Program-made: the position numbers and the translations under genes | DNA from: an uncultured bacterium | GTDB lineage: Bacteria; Krumholzibacteriota; Krumholzibacteriia; Krumholzibacteriales; Krumholzibacteriaceae | Length of the DNA: 64,000 nucleotides | Reading direction: 5' to 3' | Assembly (NCBI GenBank): GCA_963786935.1 | Contig: CAWBAN010000003.1 | Coordinates: 1-64,000 of the forward strand | In this document: piece after piece, positions 19,782 to 29,311 of the stretch | How the letters are laid out: each line of letters opens with the position of its first letter | How positions within the stretch are numbered: position 1 is the stretch's first letter | Notes under the pieces: model-generated | What the model was told of the DNA's origin: nothing | Database searches by the model: none | Seen by the model: only the letters and a program-made list of their open reading frames with translations

Positions 19782-21428
19782 TTACCGCCGAGCCGGCTTG
19801 AAGTCCGAGCCCTCCTTCCACTTCGGGAAGGTCGACTCGCCGGCGAGGCGGTATCCGACCGTGAACAGCAGGCGAAGATCGTCGACGGCGCCCGAGAGAT
19901 CCCACGAGGCATCGAACTCGTCCGACGGTTTGTGGTACTTTTCGGCGGTGTACGCGTCGCGCCGCGCGCGGGTCCATTCGGCTCCGTGCAGAACGTGATC
20001 CGTGCCGTTGCCGGGGTACAGCACGGGAACGCCCCGTTTCGCGAGGCTGAAGTGATCCGATCTGAAGAACGATCCCTTCTCCGGCTCGGGATCGGGCTTC
20101 ACGGTTCTGCCCTGCGTCTCGGCGGCTTCGGCGAGATAGTCGTCGAGATCAGAATTGCCGAAGCCGACGATCGTAATGTCCTTCATCGGCCCGTAGATGT
20201 TCATCGCGTCCATGTTGAGCACGGCGACCGTGCGATCGAGCGGGAACGCGGGGTGCTCCGCGTAATACTCGGAGCCCAGGAGCCCCTGCTCCTCGCAGGT
20301 GACCGAGACGAAGAGGATCGAGCGGGAGGGGCGCTTCTCCAGCTTCGTGAAGGCTTCGGCGAGCTCGAGGAGTCCCGCCACTCCCGTGGCGTTGTCGAGC
20401 GCTCCGTTGAAGATCTTGTCGCCGGTCCGCGCCGTGTCGATGCCGAGATGATCCCAATGGGCCATATAGACGACGCATTCATCGCTCCGCTCGCTGCCGG
20501 CGAGGAGCGCGAGCGCGTTGCTCGAGGAGACGTTCCGGATGCGGTTCTCGAGCGAGACGCTCGCTTTCAGGCCGAGCGGGACCGCGCGGAAGCCCCTTCG
20601 TGCGGCGCCGGCCTTGAGCTCGTCGAAATCGCGTCCCGCCTGGCGGAAGATCTTCCGCGCGGCGTCGACGGTCAGCCAGCCCTCGACCGCGGCGCGGGAC
20701 ATGTTCCCGTCGGCGGTCCGGAAGCTCATCTGGGGACCGGTGAAGCTGTTGGTCACCACCCCCCACGGATACGCGGCGGGCTCCGTCTCGTGCACGATGA
20801 ACACGCCGGCGGCTCCCTGCCGCGCCGCCTCCTCGTATTTGTACGTCCATCTGCCGTAGTACGTCATCGAGCGGCCGTTGAAGAGCGCGCGGTCCCCCGT
20901 GGCGAATCCCGGATCGTTCACGAGCATGACGACGGTTTTGCCGCGGACGTCGAGGCCGTCGTAATCGTTCCACTGCCATTCGGGCGCGACGATGCCGTAT
21001 CCCACGAAGACCATTTCGGATTCCTCGATCCCCGAACGCTCGAAGGCGCGCATGGTCGAAGCCACGAACTCGTCGTAATAGCGGAACCGGTTCGGCGCGT
21101 CACCTCCGCTCACCGCGAGATCGGCGACGGGCCTCGAGGTGATCTCCGTGAGCGGAACCTCCTGGAAATAGGAATCGCCGTTGCCCGGCCGCAGCCCGAG
21201 CTCGACGAATCTGTCTTTCAGAAAACGCAGGGTTTTTTCCTCGGCGCGCGTCGAGGGGCCCCGGCCTTCGAACGAGTCGGCGGAGAGAATTTCGATATCG
21301 GCCTTCAGCTCATCCTGCGTGACGCTTCCGAGCGCGCGCGAGAGATCGGCATTCCCGCCCGACCCCGCGGACGCGACGAGCGGTATGAGACAAACCGGCA
21401 GCAGGAGCAGTGCGATTCTCGATATCAT
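19782..21428 (-). CDS. M28 family aminopeptidase with PA domain, secreted
   Basis: FEGRG, YYGRWTYK, AHWDHLG, NGALDNATG, EEQGLLGS, NMD, RSDHF, YHKPSD. Confidence 0.93.
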   Translation of the reverse strand: MISRIALLLLPVCLIPLVASAGSGGNADLSRALGSVTQDELKADIEILSADSFEGRGPSTRAEEKTLRFLKDRFVELGLRPGNGDSYFQEVPLTEITSRPVADLAVSGGDAPNRFRYYDEFVASTMRAFERSGIEESEMVFVGYGIVAPEWQWNDYDGLDVRGKTVVMLVNDPGFATGDRALFNGRSMTYYGRWTYKYEEAARQGAAGVFIVHETEPAAYPWGVVTNSFTGPQMSFRTADGNMSRAAVEGWLTVDAARKIFRQAGRDFDELKAGAARRGFRAVPLGLKASVSLENRIRNVSSSNALALLAGSERSDECVVYMAHWDHLGIDTARTGDKIFNGALDNATGVAGLLELAEAFTKLEKRPSRSILFVSVTCEEQGLLGSEYYAEHPAFPLDRTVAVLNMDAMNIYGPMKDITIVGFGNSDLDDYLAEAAETQGRTVKPDPEPEKGSFFRSDHFSLAKRGVPVLYPGNGTDHVLHGAEWTRARRDAYTAEKYHKPSDEFDASWDLSGAVDDLRLLFTVGYRLAGESTFPKWKEGSDFKPARR

Positions 21429-21531
21429 GAGCCTCTTTCCTCCGCGATTCGTGGGGGCGGACGATTCTCTTCGGAACGGCACTCAGCGTAATGCATGAAG
21501 CGCGGCGAATCAAACGATAATCCCGCGCATG

Positions 21532-21560
21532 AAAAAACCCGGGACGGCCCCGGGTTTTTT
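21532..21560. terminator. Rho-independent terminator (bidirectional type)
   Basis: aaaaaacccggg-acggc-cccgggtttttt, downstream of the 21591-22310 gene. Confidence 0.8.
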
Positions 21561-21590
21561 CACATCAAGCGAATCGGATGCTCGAAACGC

Positions 21591-22310
21591 TCAGTCGTTG
21601 AACATCTCCTTGATGCCTCCCCACGTGGTGTTTTCGACTCCCACCGAGCAATCGGTGATCGAAAGCGTCACGCTCGTGAAATCCCAGCAGGCACCCAGCG
21701 AGTAGGTGGGATTGCAGCTCGGATCCAGGAAGCCGGGGTAATTGGCCGGCGCGGGCTGGCCGAGATCGGTCGTGGAGATGCGCGTGCCGTTGCCGATGTA
21801 GAAGGTCATGCAGCTGCCCGGATACGCGTTGAACGCGGCGAGCGCCTGCACGTTCGTGACGGCGGCGATCGGAATCCAGTTCTGGTAGGTGATCGTCTCG
21901 AATTCCTTGTAGTCGACGATCGTTCCGGGGTAATTCGGATCGCCGTTGGCCCACGGGCCCGAGCCGCTGAGCCAGATGTATCCGCCGGTGAAGGTCTTCA
22001 TGTAGGTGCGGTTGCCGTTACCGCTGGAGTTGACCGTGTTGGAGAGCAGCATGCCGTTCGTCAGCTCGGTCGAGCACCAGTACTTCCACTGGGACGCGAG
22101 GGTCATGCCGTCCCACGACTCGGCGTTGAGCGTCGTTCCGGAGCTCAATGCGCCGCCGCCGGTGGTCCAGCCTTCGGTGTAGCGGCCGACGTAGACCGGC
22201 CCGCCGAGATCGGTGGACTGGTAGGCGCCGTTCAGAGGTGCCCCGGCGAACGATGCCTCGGCCAGGAGCAGGATGAGGAGCGCGAGGGATGCGATGGCAG
22301 AACGCTTCAT
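21591..22310 (-). CDS. Secreted hypothetical protein ending in VENTTWGGIKEMFND
   Basis: RBS ggagga; signal peptide MKRSAIASLALLILLLAEASFA; Gly/Thr/Ser-rich beta-type body; has its own promoter and terminator. Confidence 0.8.
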   Translation of the reverse strand: MKRSAIASLALLILLLAEASFAGAPLNGAYQSTDLGGPVYVGRYTEGWTTGGGALSSGTTLNAESWDGMTLASQWKYWCSTELTNGMLLSNTVNSSGNGNRTYMKTFTGGYIWLSGSGPWANGDPNYPGTIVDYKEFETITYQNWIPIAAVTNVQALAAFNAYPGSCMTFYIGNGTRISTTDLGQPAPANYPGFLDPSCNPTYSLGACWDFTSVTLSITDCSVGVENTTWGGIKEMFND

Positions 22311-22387
22311 AGGTAACGTTCCTCCTGGTTGGGGTAATAAAACCTGCCGGGTCCCGAGGAATCCGGCATTTTCTCCGATTCGAGGTA

Positions 22388-22416
22388 ATTGTATCATAAT
22401 CAACGCGTAACGTCAA
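22388..22416 (-). promoter_or_regulatory. sigma70-like promoter TTGACG-N17-TACAAT
   Basis: Near-consensus with extended TG, in an AT-rich divergent intergenic region. Confidence 0.7.
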
Positions 22417-22550
22417 TTGAAAATCCTTTCGAATTTCTTTAAAAAGAAATAAATCAGATTCTTCGTTTCCCGGCGGCCTCGGGCGTCCGTTCGATAATAA
22501 TGCTTGCCAAGCTGGAGCCGGCGGCTCTATAACGTCCGACAAAGGGGGTG

Positions 22551-22763
22551 ATGCGCATGAAGAAGCTAGGAGCATTGGATTGGATCGCCCTTATCCTCGT
22601 CATCGTCGGCGGCCTCAACTGGGGTCTGGTAGGGGCGTTCAAGTTCAACCTTGTGTCCGCGATCTTCGGCGACATGTCGATTATCGCGAGGATCGTGTAC
22701 ATCCTTGTTGGCCTTTCGGCCATTTACGGCATACTCATGATCGGAAAGCTCGGGAAGAAATAA
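22551..22763 (+). CDS. DUF378 family small membrane protein
   Basis: LDWIALILVIVGGLNWGLVG.F.FNLV.AIFG...RIVYILVGLSA; the start may be 22557. Confidence 0.88.
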   Translation: MRMKKLGALDWIALILVIVGGLNWGLVGAFKFNLVSAIFGDMSIIARIVYILVGLSAIYGILMIGKLGKK

Positions 22764-22832
22764 TCCCGCCCGCGCGGGGGATGCATCACCCCCGCGCACC
22801 CGTTTTCCCATTTCCAAGCGCGGCAGGCTGCG

Positions 22833-24733
22833 ATGATCATCGTCGACAACATATCGAAAGGCTACGGTTCCCAGGAGCTGTTCAAGAACGCCGGCTTCAG
22901 GCTCAACGCCGGGGAGCGCGTCGGGCTCGTCGGGCGAAACGGGTACGGGAAGACGACGCTTTTCCGGCTCATCGCGGGGGAGGAGGAGCCCGATTCGGGA
23001 ACGATATCCATTCCGAAGGGCTACACGATCGGTTACGTCCTGCAGGAGCCGGACTTCACGGAAAGCACGGTGCTCGAGGAAGGCTGCCGTGGGCTTCCCG
23101 CGGCGGAAAAAGCCCATCGCTGGAAAGTGGAGAAGGTTCTGGCGGGGCTCGGATTCACCGAGGAGGATCTCGCGAAGCACCCGTCGCAGCTCTCCGGGGG
23201 ATTTCAGGTGCGCCTGAATCTGGCGAAGGTCCTCGTTCGCGAGGTCAACCTGCTCCTCCTCGACGAGCCGAACAACTATCTCGACATCACCTCGATCAGA
23301 TGGCTCACGCAGCATCTGCGCGCCTGGCGCGGCGAGCTCATGCTCATCACGCACGACCGCGGCTTCATGGACAACGTGGTCACCCACGTCATGGGGATTT
23401 ATCGGAAGGGCCTGCGGAAGATCAAGGGAGATACGGGGAAGCTCTACGACCGGATCGCCATGGACGAGGAGATCTACGAGAAGACGAGGATCAACGACGA
23501 GAAGAAGCGCAAGCAGATCGAGGCCTTCGTCCGACGGTTTCGTGCCAAGGCGACGCTCGCGAGCAGGGTGCAGTCGCGGGTGAAGACGCTCGAGAAAATG
23601 GCGAAGCTCGACAGGCTCGAGCAAGCCAAGGATCTCGATTTCTCGTTCAGGTCGAAGCCGTTCAACGGGAAACCGATCATGCACGTCAAGGATCTGGCCT
23701 TCGGATACGATCCCGAGCGCCTCCTCTTCTCGGAGCTTTCGTTCTCGGTCGGACCGTACGACCGCATCTGCGTCGTCGGGAAGAACGGCAAGGGCAAAAC
23801 GACGCTGCTGAGAACGCTCGCGGGGGAGCTCGGGCCCCGGGAGGGCGAGATCAAATGCAACGCGACGGCGGCAGTCGCCTATTACGCGCAGGCGAACGCC
23901 GCCGCCCTCGTCGAGCGCAGGACCGTGCTCGAGGAGGTGCAGAGCGCCAATCCCGATATCGACCAGCAGCGGGCGAGGAACATCGCCGGCCTCATGATGT
24001 TCGAGGGGGACGACGCGTTGAAGCGTGTAAAGGTGCTCTCGGGCGGAGAAAAGAACCGGCTCATGCTCGCCAAGATCATCGCCACGCCCGTGAACCTGCT
24101 CCTCCTCGACGAGCCGACGAACCATCTCGACATGGAGTCGTGCGACGCGCTCCTCGAGGCGATCGACGATTTCGAGGGAGCAGTCGTCATGGTGACGCAC
24201 AACGAGATGCTCCTTCACGGGCTCGCCCGGCGGCTGATCGTATTTCAGGGGGAGGAGCGGGCGTCTTCGATGGAAGCTATCAGAGCTTTTTGGAGGACCG
24301 GGGGTGGGACGAGGAGAAGGCGTCCCGGCCGGACGAAGAGGGCGAGGGAGCGCTTGCCGCGGAGGGCGAAGCCGCCGGCGGGAGAAAGGCGGGTCGCAAG
24401 GAGCTGCGGCGGAGACGCGCCGAGATCGCGCGCGAACGGGGGGCGGCGCTCCGGCCCCTCGAGAAGCGGATCGCCGAGCTGGAGGGCTCGATCGTGAAGG
24501 CCGAGAAGGAGCTCGAGGGGCTCTACGCGGAGATCGAGGCGGCATCTGAATGCTGCGACGGCGGGGCCATCGCGGATCTCTCCCAGAAGATACACGCACG
24601 CAAGAAGGAGATCGAGTCGAGCTTCAAGCTGCTCGAAACGGCGCATCGGAAGTACGAGGCGCTTCGGGCTCCGTTCGATCTTCGCGTGAAGGAACTGGAG
24701 CCGGGAGCGGAGACGGACGGAACGGATTCTTAG
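22833..24733 (+). CDS. ABC-F family ATPase with C-terminal coiled coil; one frameshift near 24250
   Basis: Two NBDs (GRNGYGKTT/LSGG/LDEP and GKNGKGKTT/LSGGE/LDEPTNHLD). The protein continues in another frame (FDGSYQSFLE...LEKRIAELE) after the G-run at 24248-24252. Confidence 0.85.
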
Positions 24734-24760
24734 GGCCGCATCAGAGTCGGGAGGCCGGCG

Positions 24761-25129
24761 ATGGATTCGCGTTCGGAGATCAAGCGGCAGTACAAGGAGG
24801 AGCCGAAAGAGGCCGGCGTCTTTCAGGTGAAGAACACGGCGAACGGCAGAATCCTCCTCGGAAGCAGCAAGAATCTGCACGGATGCCTCAACAAGCATCG
24901 CTTCATGCTCTCTCTCGGGTCTCACTGGAACCGGAAGATGCAGGAGGACTGGAACCGGTTCGGCCCCGATGCGTTCGTGTTCGAAGTGCTCGAGGTCATC
25001 CCTCTGAAGGACGATCCGAAGTTCGACCTCGAGACCGAGCTCTCGCTGCTCGAGCTGGTCTGGATCGAGAAGGCGCCGCCGTACGGCGAGAACGGCTACA
25101 ATAGGCCCGGGAGCATCCGCGAGGTGTGA
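24761..25129 (+). CDS. Small GIY-YIG superfamily protein
   Basis: QYKE...GVFQVKNTANGRILLGSS.NL...H.N..MQEDW..FG...F.FEVLE...LE.....GYN. Confidence 0.8.
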   Translation: MDSRSEIKRQYKEEPKEAGVFQVKNTANGRILLGSSKNLHGCLNKHRFMLSLGSHWNRKMQEDWNRFGPDAFVFEVLEVIPLKDDPKFDLETELSLLELVWIEKAPPYGENGYNRPGSIREV

Positions 25130-25183
25130 GGTCCTGCGCCACGAACGCGATGCGTCGTCCGCCGAACGATGCCCGCCGCGCCG

Positions 25184-26635
25184 CTATTTCACGACGGTCT
25201 TGATCAACGTCCCCGCCTTCAGCGGGTCGGTCGGCTGCATCCCGTTCAATATGGTCCGCTGTTCGAGGTCGGCGTCCGCGGTGCCGAATTGCTTCAGCGT
25301 CGCGCTCGCGGTGCCGGCCTTGCTCGCGCTCTTGACCGAGAGACGCTGCGGCTTCACGTTGATCTTGGCCTGATCGGTCAGATTCTTGAACGCGCCCATC
25401 GTCGAGGCAAACGTCGCCGAATACTGCGCGTATTTGCCCTGAGGCGCGACGCCGTGCATCGCGTAGATGGCGCCGTCCTTCGCGATGAAGTAGGACATGG
25501 TCCGCAGCGTGTCCGAATCGGAGATCACGCGCGCGACGACCTTCTCGGCCTGCAGGCCGTTCACGGTGAGCTTCTCCCGGGAGCTCACCGCCGCTCCGGC
25601 GCCCTGTATGAACGTATCCGCCGCGGCGGGTACCGACGCGGCCTTTTCCCCCATGAGCAGGATGAAGGCATCCTCGTTCTTCGAGACGAGCCGGACCTGC
25701 GCCGGCGTGTTCTCGACCGTCCAGCCGCCCGGCACGGGGAAGGTGAACTTCATCGTCGGATGATAGAAGGCGTTGCCATCCGCGTACCCCTGGCGCGGAT
25801 CGTCGCCGTAGACGATGCCGTCGACCGCTTTCAGGTACTCGTTGCGATTGACGGCGTACTGGGGCCGGGCGAGCGTTTTCTGCCATTCGGCGGTCTTGGT
25901 CCGCACCGCCGCCAGCCGGTTCGCGGGATTCGGATGCGTCGAGAACCAGTCCGGAAGGCCGGCGCCGCCGCCGGGATTGAGCCTCCCCAAGGTTTCGAAA
26001 AACGCGGCCATCCGGTTCGTGTCGTAACCCGATTTGCTTCCGTACTCGACGCCGAGGTCGTCCGCCTGGCGCTCGTCGTCGCGGCTGAACTTGAGAAACA
26101 GCATGCCGGCGCCGAATTCGGCCAGTCCCGCGTAGCGGCGGAAGTTCTCCGAAACGGCCGCGCCGAGATTGAGCCCGAGGGAGGTGGCCTGCTGAAGGCT
26201 CATCTGGCGGGCGATGTGCCGGGCGTTCACGTGGCCGAGCTCATGGCCGATGACGCCCGCGAGCTCCGCTTCGTCGTTCAGGTAGGCAAGTATCCCCCGC
26301 GTCACGTACACGTACCCGCCCGGCACGGCGAACGCGTTGACGATCGGCGTGTCGAGCACCTTGAAGTGGTACTGCGCGTTCGGCTGGTGCGTGTTCCGGG
26401 CGATGCCCTGGCCGATCCGGTCGACGTACGCGGACAGCTTCTGGTCCTCGTAGAAGCCGTACGTCCGGCCGATCTGGGCGTCGGTCTGCCGCCCCATGGC
26501 GATTTCGTCCTGCTGCGAAACGAGCATGAGCTCCCGCTTGCCCGTGACCGGATTGACGGCGCAGGAGAGCGGGATGAGGATTGCCGCGAGCGTGAGAGCG
26601 ACAATTGCGAGCGCCGTGCAGCGAGCCATGATCAT
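25184..26635 (-). CDS. M48 family metalloprotease lipoprotein (BepA/YfgC-like)
   Basis: LSC-AVNPVTG lipobox, NAFAVPGGYVY.TRG, ELAGVIGHELGHV, FSRDDE.QAD, STHP. Confidence 0.92.
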   Translation of the reverse strand: MIMARCTALAIVALTLAAILIPLSCAVNPVTGKRELMLVSQQDEIAMGRQTDAQIGRTYGFYEDQKLSAYVDRIGQGIARNTHQPNAQYHFKVLDTPIVNAFAVPGGYVYVTRGILAYLNDEAELAGVIGHELGHVNARHIARQMSLQQATSLGLNLGAAVSENFRRYAGLAEFGAGMLFLKFSRDDERQADDLGVEYGSKSGYDTNRMAAFFETLGRLNPGGGAGLPDWFSTHPNPANRLAAVRTKTAEWQKTLARPQYAVNRNEYLKAVDGIVYGDDPRQGYADGNAFYHPTMKFTFPVPGGWTVENTPAQVRLVSKNEDAFILLMGEKAASVPAAADTFIQGAGAAVSSREKLTVNGLQAEKVVARVISDSDTLRTMSYFIAKDGAIYAMHGVAPQGKYAQYSATFASTMGAFKNLTDQAKINVKPQRLSVKSASKAGTASATLKQFGTADADLEQRTILNGMQPTDPLKAGTLIKTVVK

Positions 26636-29274
26636 CCTCCTCGTTTTGCCTCCAGTATGGCGTTCAGTAGCAGCTTGTACGTTCCCGCCGTCTGGCAGCG
26701 GTACTGCGGATTGAATCCGAACAGCACGACCCGCCCCGCGCCGATCGTGTACTCGACGAGCGCCGCGCTCCGGTAGAGCCGCTCCCCGCCGATGATGAGC
26801 CCGCTCGCGAGGGGATCCTTCTCGGGGTAGCTCGCGAGCACCGACCGGTCGATCTTCCCGTACGGCACCGAGGTCGCGAAGGCGAGGCTGTTGGCGAAGA
26901 AGATGTGCCCGCGCTCGGGCATGCCGTACGTGATCGGCTGATCCGTCTTGAAGGACACCTTCAGGATGGATCCCGGGCAGTAGAAATCGTCGCCCGACAC
27001 CTTATGCAGGATATTCCGGACCGGGAGCTCGAGCGTCTCGATCGCGAAGTCGCACGAGCTGCCGAAGCAGATGAGCGTGCCCCCCGCCTCGACGAACTTC
27101 TTCACGTTCTCGACGCCTTTCTTGTCGATGCCGCCCTTGTAATCGGGCGGGAGCGGCCGGAACCAGCGCCGTTCCTCCTCGTCGTCGATCTTGCCGTCCT
27201 TGATGATCGAGGGCTTGATGTCCGGGATGACGAGCACGTCGAAACCCTTGATGCGGTTCTCCGTCACGTCCTTGTTCGAAACGCCGGCGTAGGGAACCTC
27301 GTACGAGTCGAAGAGGTAGCGCGTCCAGCCCTCGTCCATGCTCGCGATCCACGGCTTGAAGAGGGCGGTCTTCGCCGCGCGGATCTCGTGCGCGTCGCCG
27401 GCCGGCTCGGCGGCCAGCGGCAGAAAATCGACGTGCGCGCGGGACGCGATTTCGGCGGCCGCCGCGGCGAGCCCTTTCGCGGCCGGCACAACGAACGTTC
27501 CGGCGGGGAGCGCTCCCGCGGCGTTCAACCGCCGCACGGCGAATCCCTTCGCGAGGAGCTCGTTCACCGCCTGGTACGACGTGTTGATTTCCGGGCGCAG
27601 CGCCCAGCCCCAGGCGCCGTCGGCGAAGCTTCCCGCGGGGTAGGGATAGCCGGCGAGGAGCTCGAGCGGCGCCTCGAAGCGCTCGCCGACCTCGTCGCAG
27701 GCCACTCCCATCTGGAGCGGCATCGTCCAGCCCGTGACGTCGTAGGGTTTGTCGATGGGGTGCTTCGCGCTCGCGCGCGTTTCCGGGTATTCTTGAATTT
27801 CGAGGAGATCCTTCGCGTAGCGCCCGTAGGGCTGATCGAGCCTCACGACGAAGGAGCCGGCGCGGTACGTCCGGTCTCCCGCGGCGAAATCCGTCGCCGC
27901 CCGGTGCACCTCGACGCCGCCGCGCATGAGCGCCTCGACGAGGCGGGCCGCCGTCACCGGGTCGCGCTGGGGGGCGGGGATAATGTAGGCGAACGGCTTC
28001 TCGCTCGTTCCGCGCTCGACGGCCCGCAGCCCCATCCGGACGTAGTTCTCGAGGAATCGCGCGCGGTTATTCGCGCAGCATACGACGAACGACTCCGCCG
28101 CCGCGCGGTCGTACTCGACGATGTCGCGGAGACGCCACCAGCCCCCGGGCCAGGGATTCGGGAAGTTGATGCCCATCTCGTATCGCGGGAACCCCGCGTC
28201 GTCGCCGCGGAGCTCGCCCGGCTCGATGAACACGGGGCTCGCGACCTGCACGCTCGCCGCTTCGCTGAGGAGGCCGATCTGGTTGTGCCACCAGGCGAGG
28301 CCGTTGGATGAGCCTTCCCAGTACGCGTCGAACAGGGCGTTCGAAATGACGCCGGAGAGGCCGCGCTCCTCGCAGGCGAGCTGCATCGCCGACCCGACGA
28401 GATTGTTCGCCCGATATACGATCGGATCGATGTTCGGATTGGCCGGCAGGTAATACGGGGGGAGGAAGAGGCGCGGGCCCGTGCTCGACATCTGGTGCAT
28501 GTCGAGGACCGCCTGCGGCACCGCCGTCCGGAAGAAGAGATCGAACACGGCCCTCGTTTCGGGGAGGTTCAGCATGAACCAGTCGCGGTTGTTGTCGTGC
28601 CCCGCGTAATGGTGGTAGAGCCAGGGCATCGAGCCCCCCTCGTACTCGGTGCCGAGCCATTTCCGGTACCAGTCGGCGACCATCTGCATGCCGTCGGGAT
28701 TCATCGGGACGATATAAAGGATCGTCTCCTCGAGCGCCTTCGAGAGGCGCTCGCTCCGCCGCGCGGCGACGTCGTAGGCGAGCTCGAGCGCCATCTGCAT
28801 CGCGCCGACCTCGGTCGCATGGAGGCTTGCCGTGATCATGGTGACGATCCGCGCCTCCGCGACGAGCGAGGCGGTTTCGGCGGGGGAGAGCTTCCGCGGA
28901 TCGGAGAGGCGCCGCGAGAGATCCACGTAATGGTCGAGCTTCTCAAGGTTCGCGGGGGCGGAGAGAATGACTGCGATCATCGGCGTGCCGAGCGTCGTCG
29001 TTCCGATCTCCCGCACCGTCACCCACGGCGAGGCCTCGTCGAGGAGCGCGAAATAGCCGCGCGCCTGCTCGTAATCGGCGAGCTTCCGGTCAGCGCCGAT
29101 CTCGAATCCGAGATACTCGGCGGGGGATTTGATCGCCGCCTGCGTGGGGGCCGCCGTCCCCGGGGCCGCCGCGGGGAACGGCGCCGGAGGCGCTCCGAAC
29201 GGCGCTCCGAGGGCCGCGGCGCGCGTGAAGAGCGAGATGAGCGTGGCAAGAATGATGACAAGCAATCCGCGCAT
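26632..29274 (-). CDS. M14 family zinc carboxypeptidase-like protein, secreted, with a C-terminal GATase-like region
   Basis: HATE, NPDG, GHDNNRDW, DMHQM, YDVTGWT, MDEGWTR, FVEAGGTL. Confidence 0.88.
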   Translation of the reverse strand: MRGLLVIILATLISLFTRAAALGAPFGAPPAPFPAAAPGTAAPTQAAIKSPAEYLGFEIGADRKLADYEQARGYFALLDEASPWVTVREIGTTTLGTPMIAVILSAPANLEKLDHYVDLSRRLSDPRKLSPAETASLVAEARIVTMITASLHATEVGAMQMALELAYDVAARRSERLSKALEETILYIVPMNPDGMQMVADWYRKWLGTEYEGGSMPWLYHHYAGHDNNRDWFMLNLPETRAVFDLFFRTAVPQAVLDMHQMSSTGPRLFLPPYYLPANPNIDPIVYRANNLVGSAMQLACEERGLSGVISNALFDAYWEGSSNGLAWWHNQIGLLSEAASVQVASPVFIEPGELRGDDAGFPRYEMGINFPNPWPGGWWRLRDIVEYDRAAAESFVVCCANNRARFLENYVRMGLRAVERGTSEKPFAYIIPAPQRDPVTAARLVEALMRGGVEVHRAATDFAAGDRTYRAGSFVVRLDQPYGRYAKDLLEIQEYPETRASAKHPIDKPYDVTGWTMPLQMGVACDEVGERFEAPLELLAGYPYPAGSFADGAWGWALRPEINTSYQAVNELLAKGFAVRRLNAAGALPAGTFVVPAAKGLAAAAAEIASRAHVDFLPLAAEPAGDAHEIRAAKTALFKPWIASMDEGWTRYLFDSYEVPYAGVSNKDVTENRIKGFDVLVIPDIKPSIIKDGKIDDEEERRWFRPLPPDYKGGIDKKGVENVKKFVEAGGTLICFGSSCDFAIETLELPVRNILHKVSGDDFYCPGSILKVSFKTDQPITYGMPERGHIFFANSLAFATSVPYGKIDRSVLASYPEKDPLASGLIIGGERLYRSAALVEYTIGAGRVVLFGFNPQYRCQTAGTYKLLLNAILEAKRGG

Positions 29275-29311
29275 GCGAATGACCTCCTGCGGCGAGATTC
29301 GGGGCCGATGA

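Noticed and set aside
24245..24265. Programmed frameshift or phase variation in the ABC-F gene, and likewise trkH (~55915) and the barrel at 40150-40727
   Set aside because: Short G-run or single indel with no slippery heptamer or long repeat; more simply explained as the same assembly noise seen elsewhere.
24761..25129. GIY-YIG protein as a homing endonuclease or mobile element
   Set aside because: Small stand-alone type; no intron, terminal repeats or target duplication.
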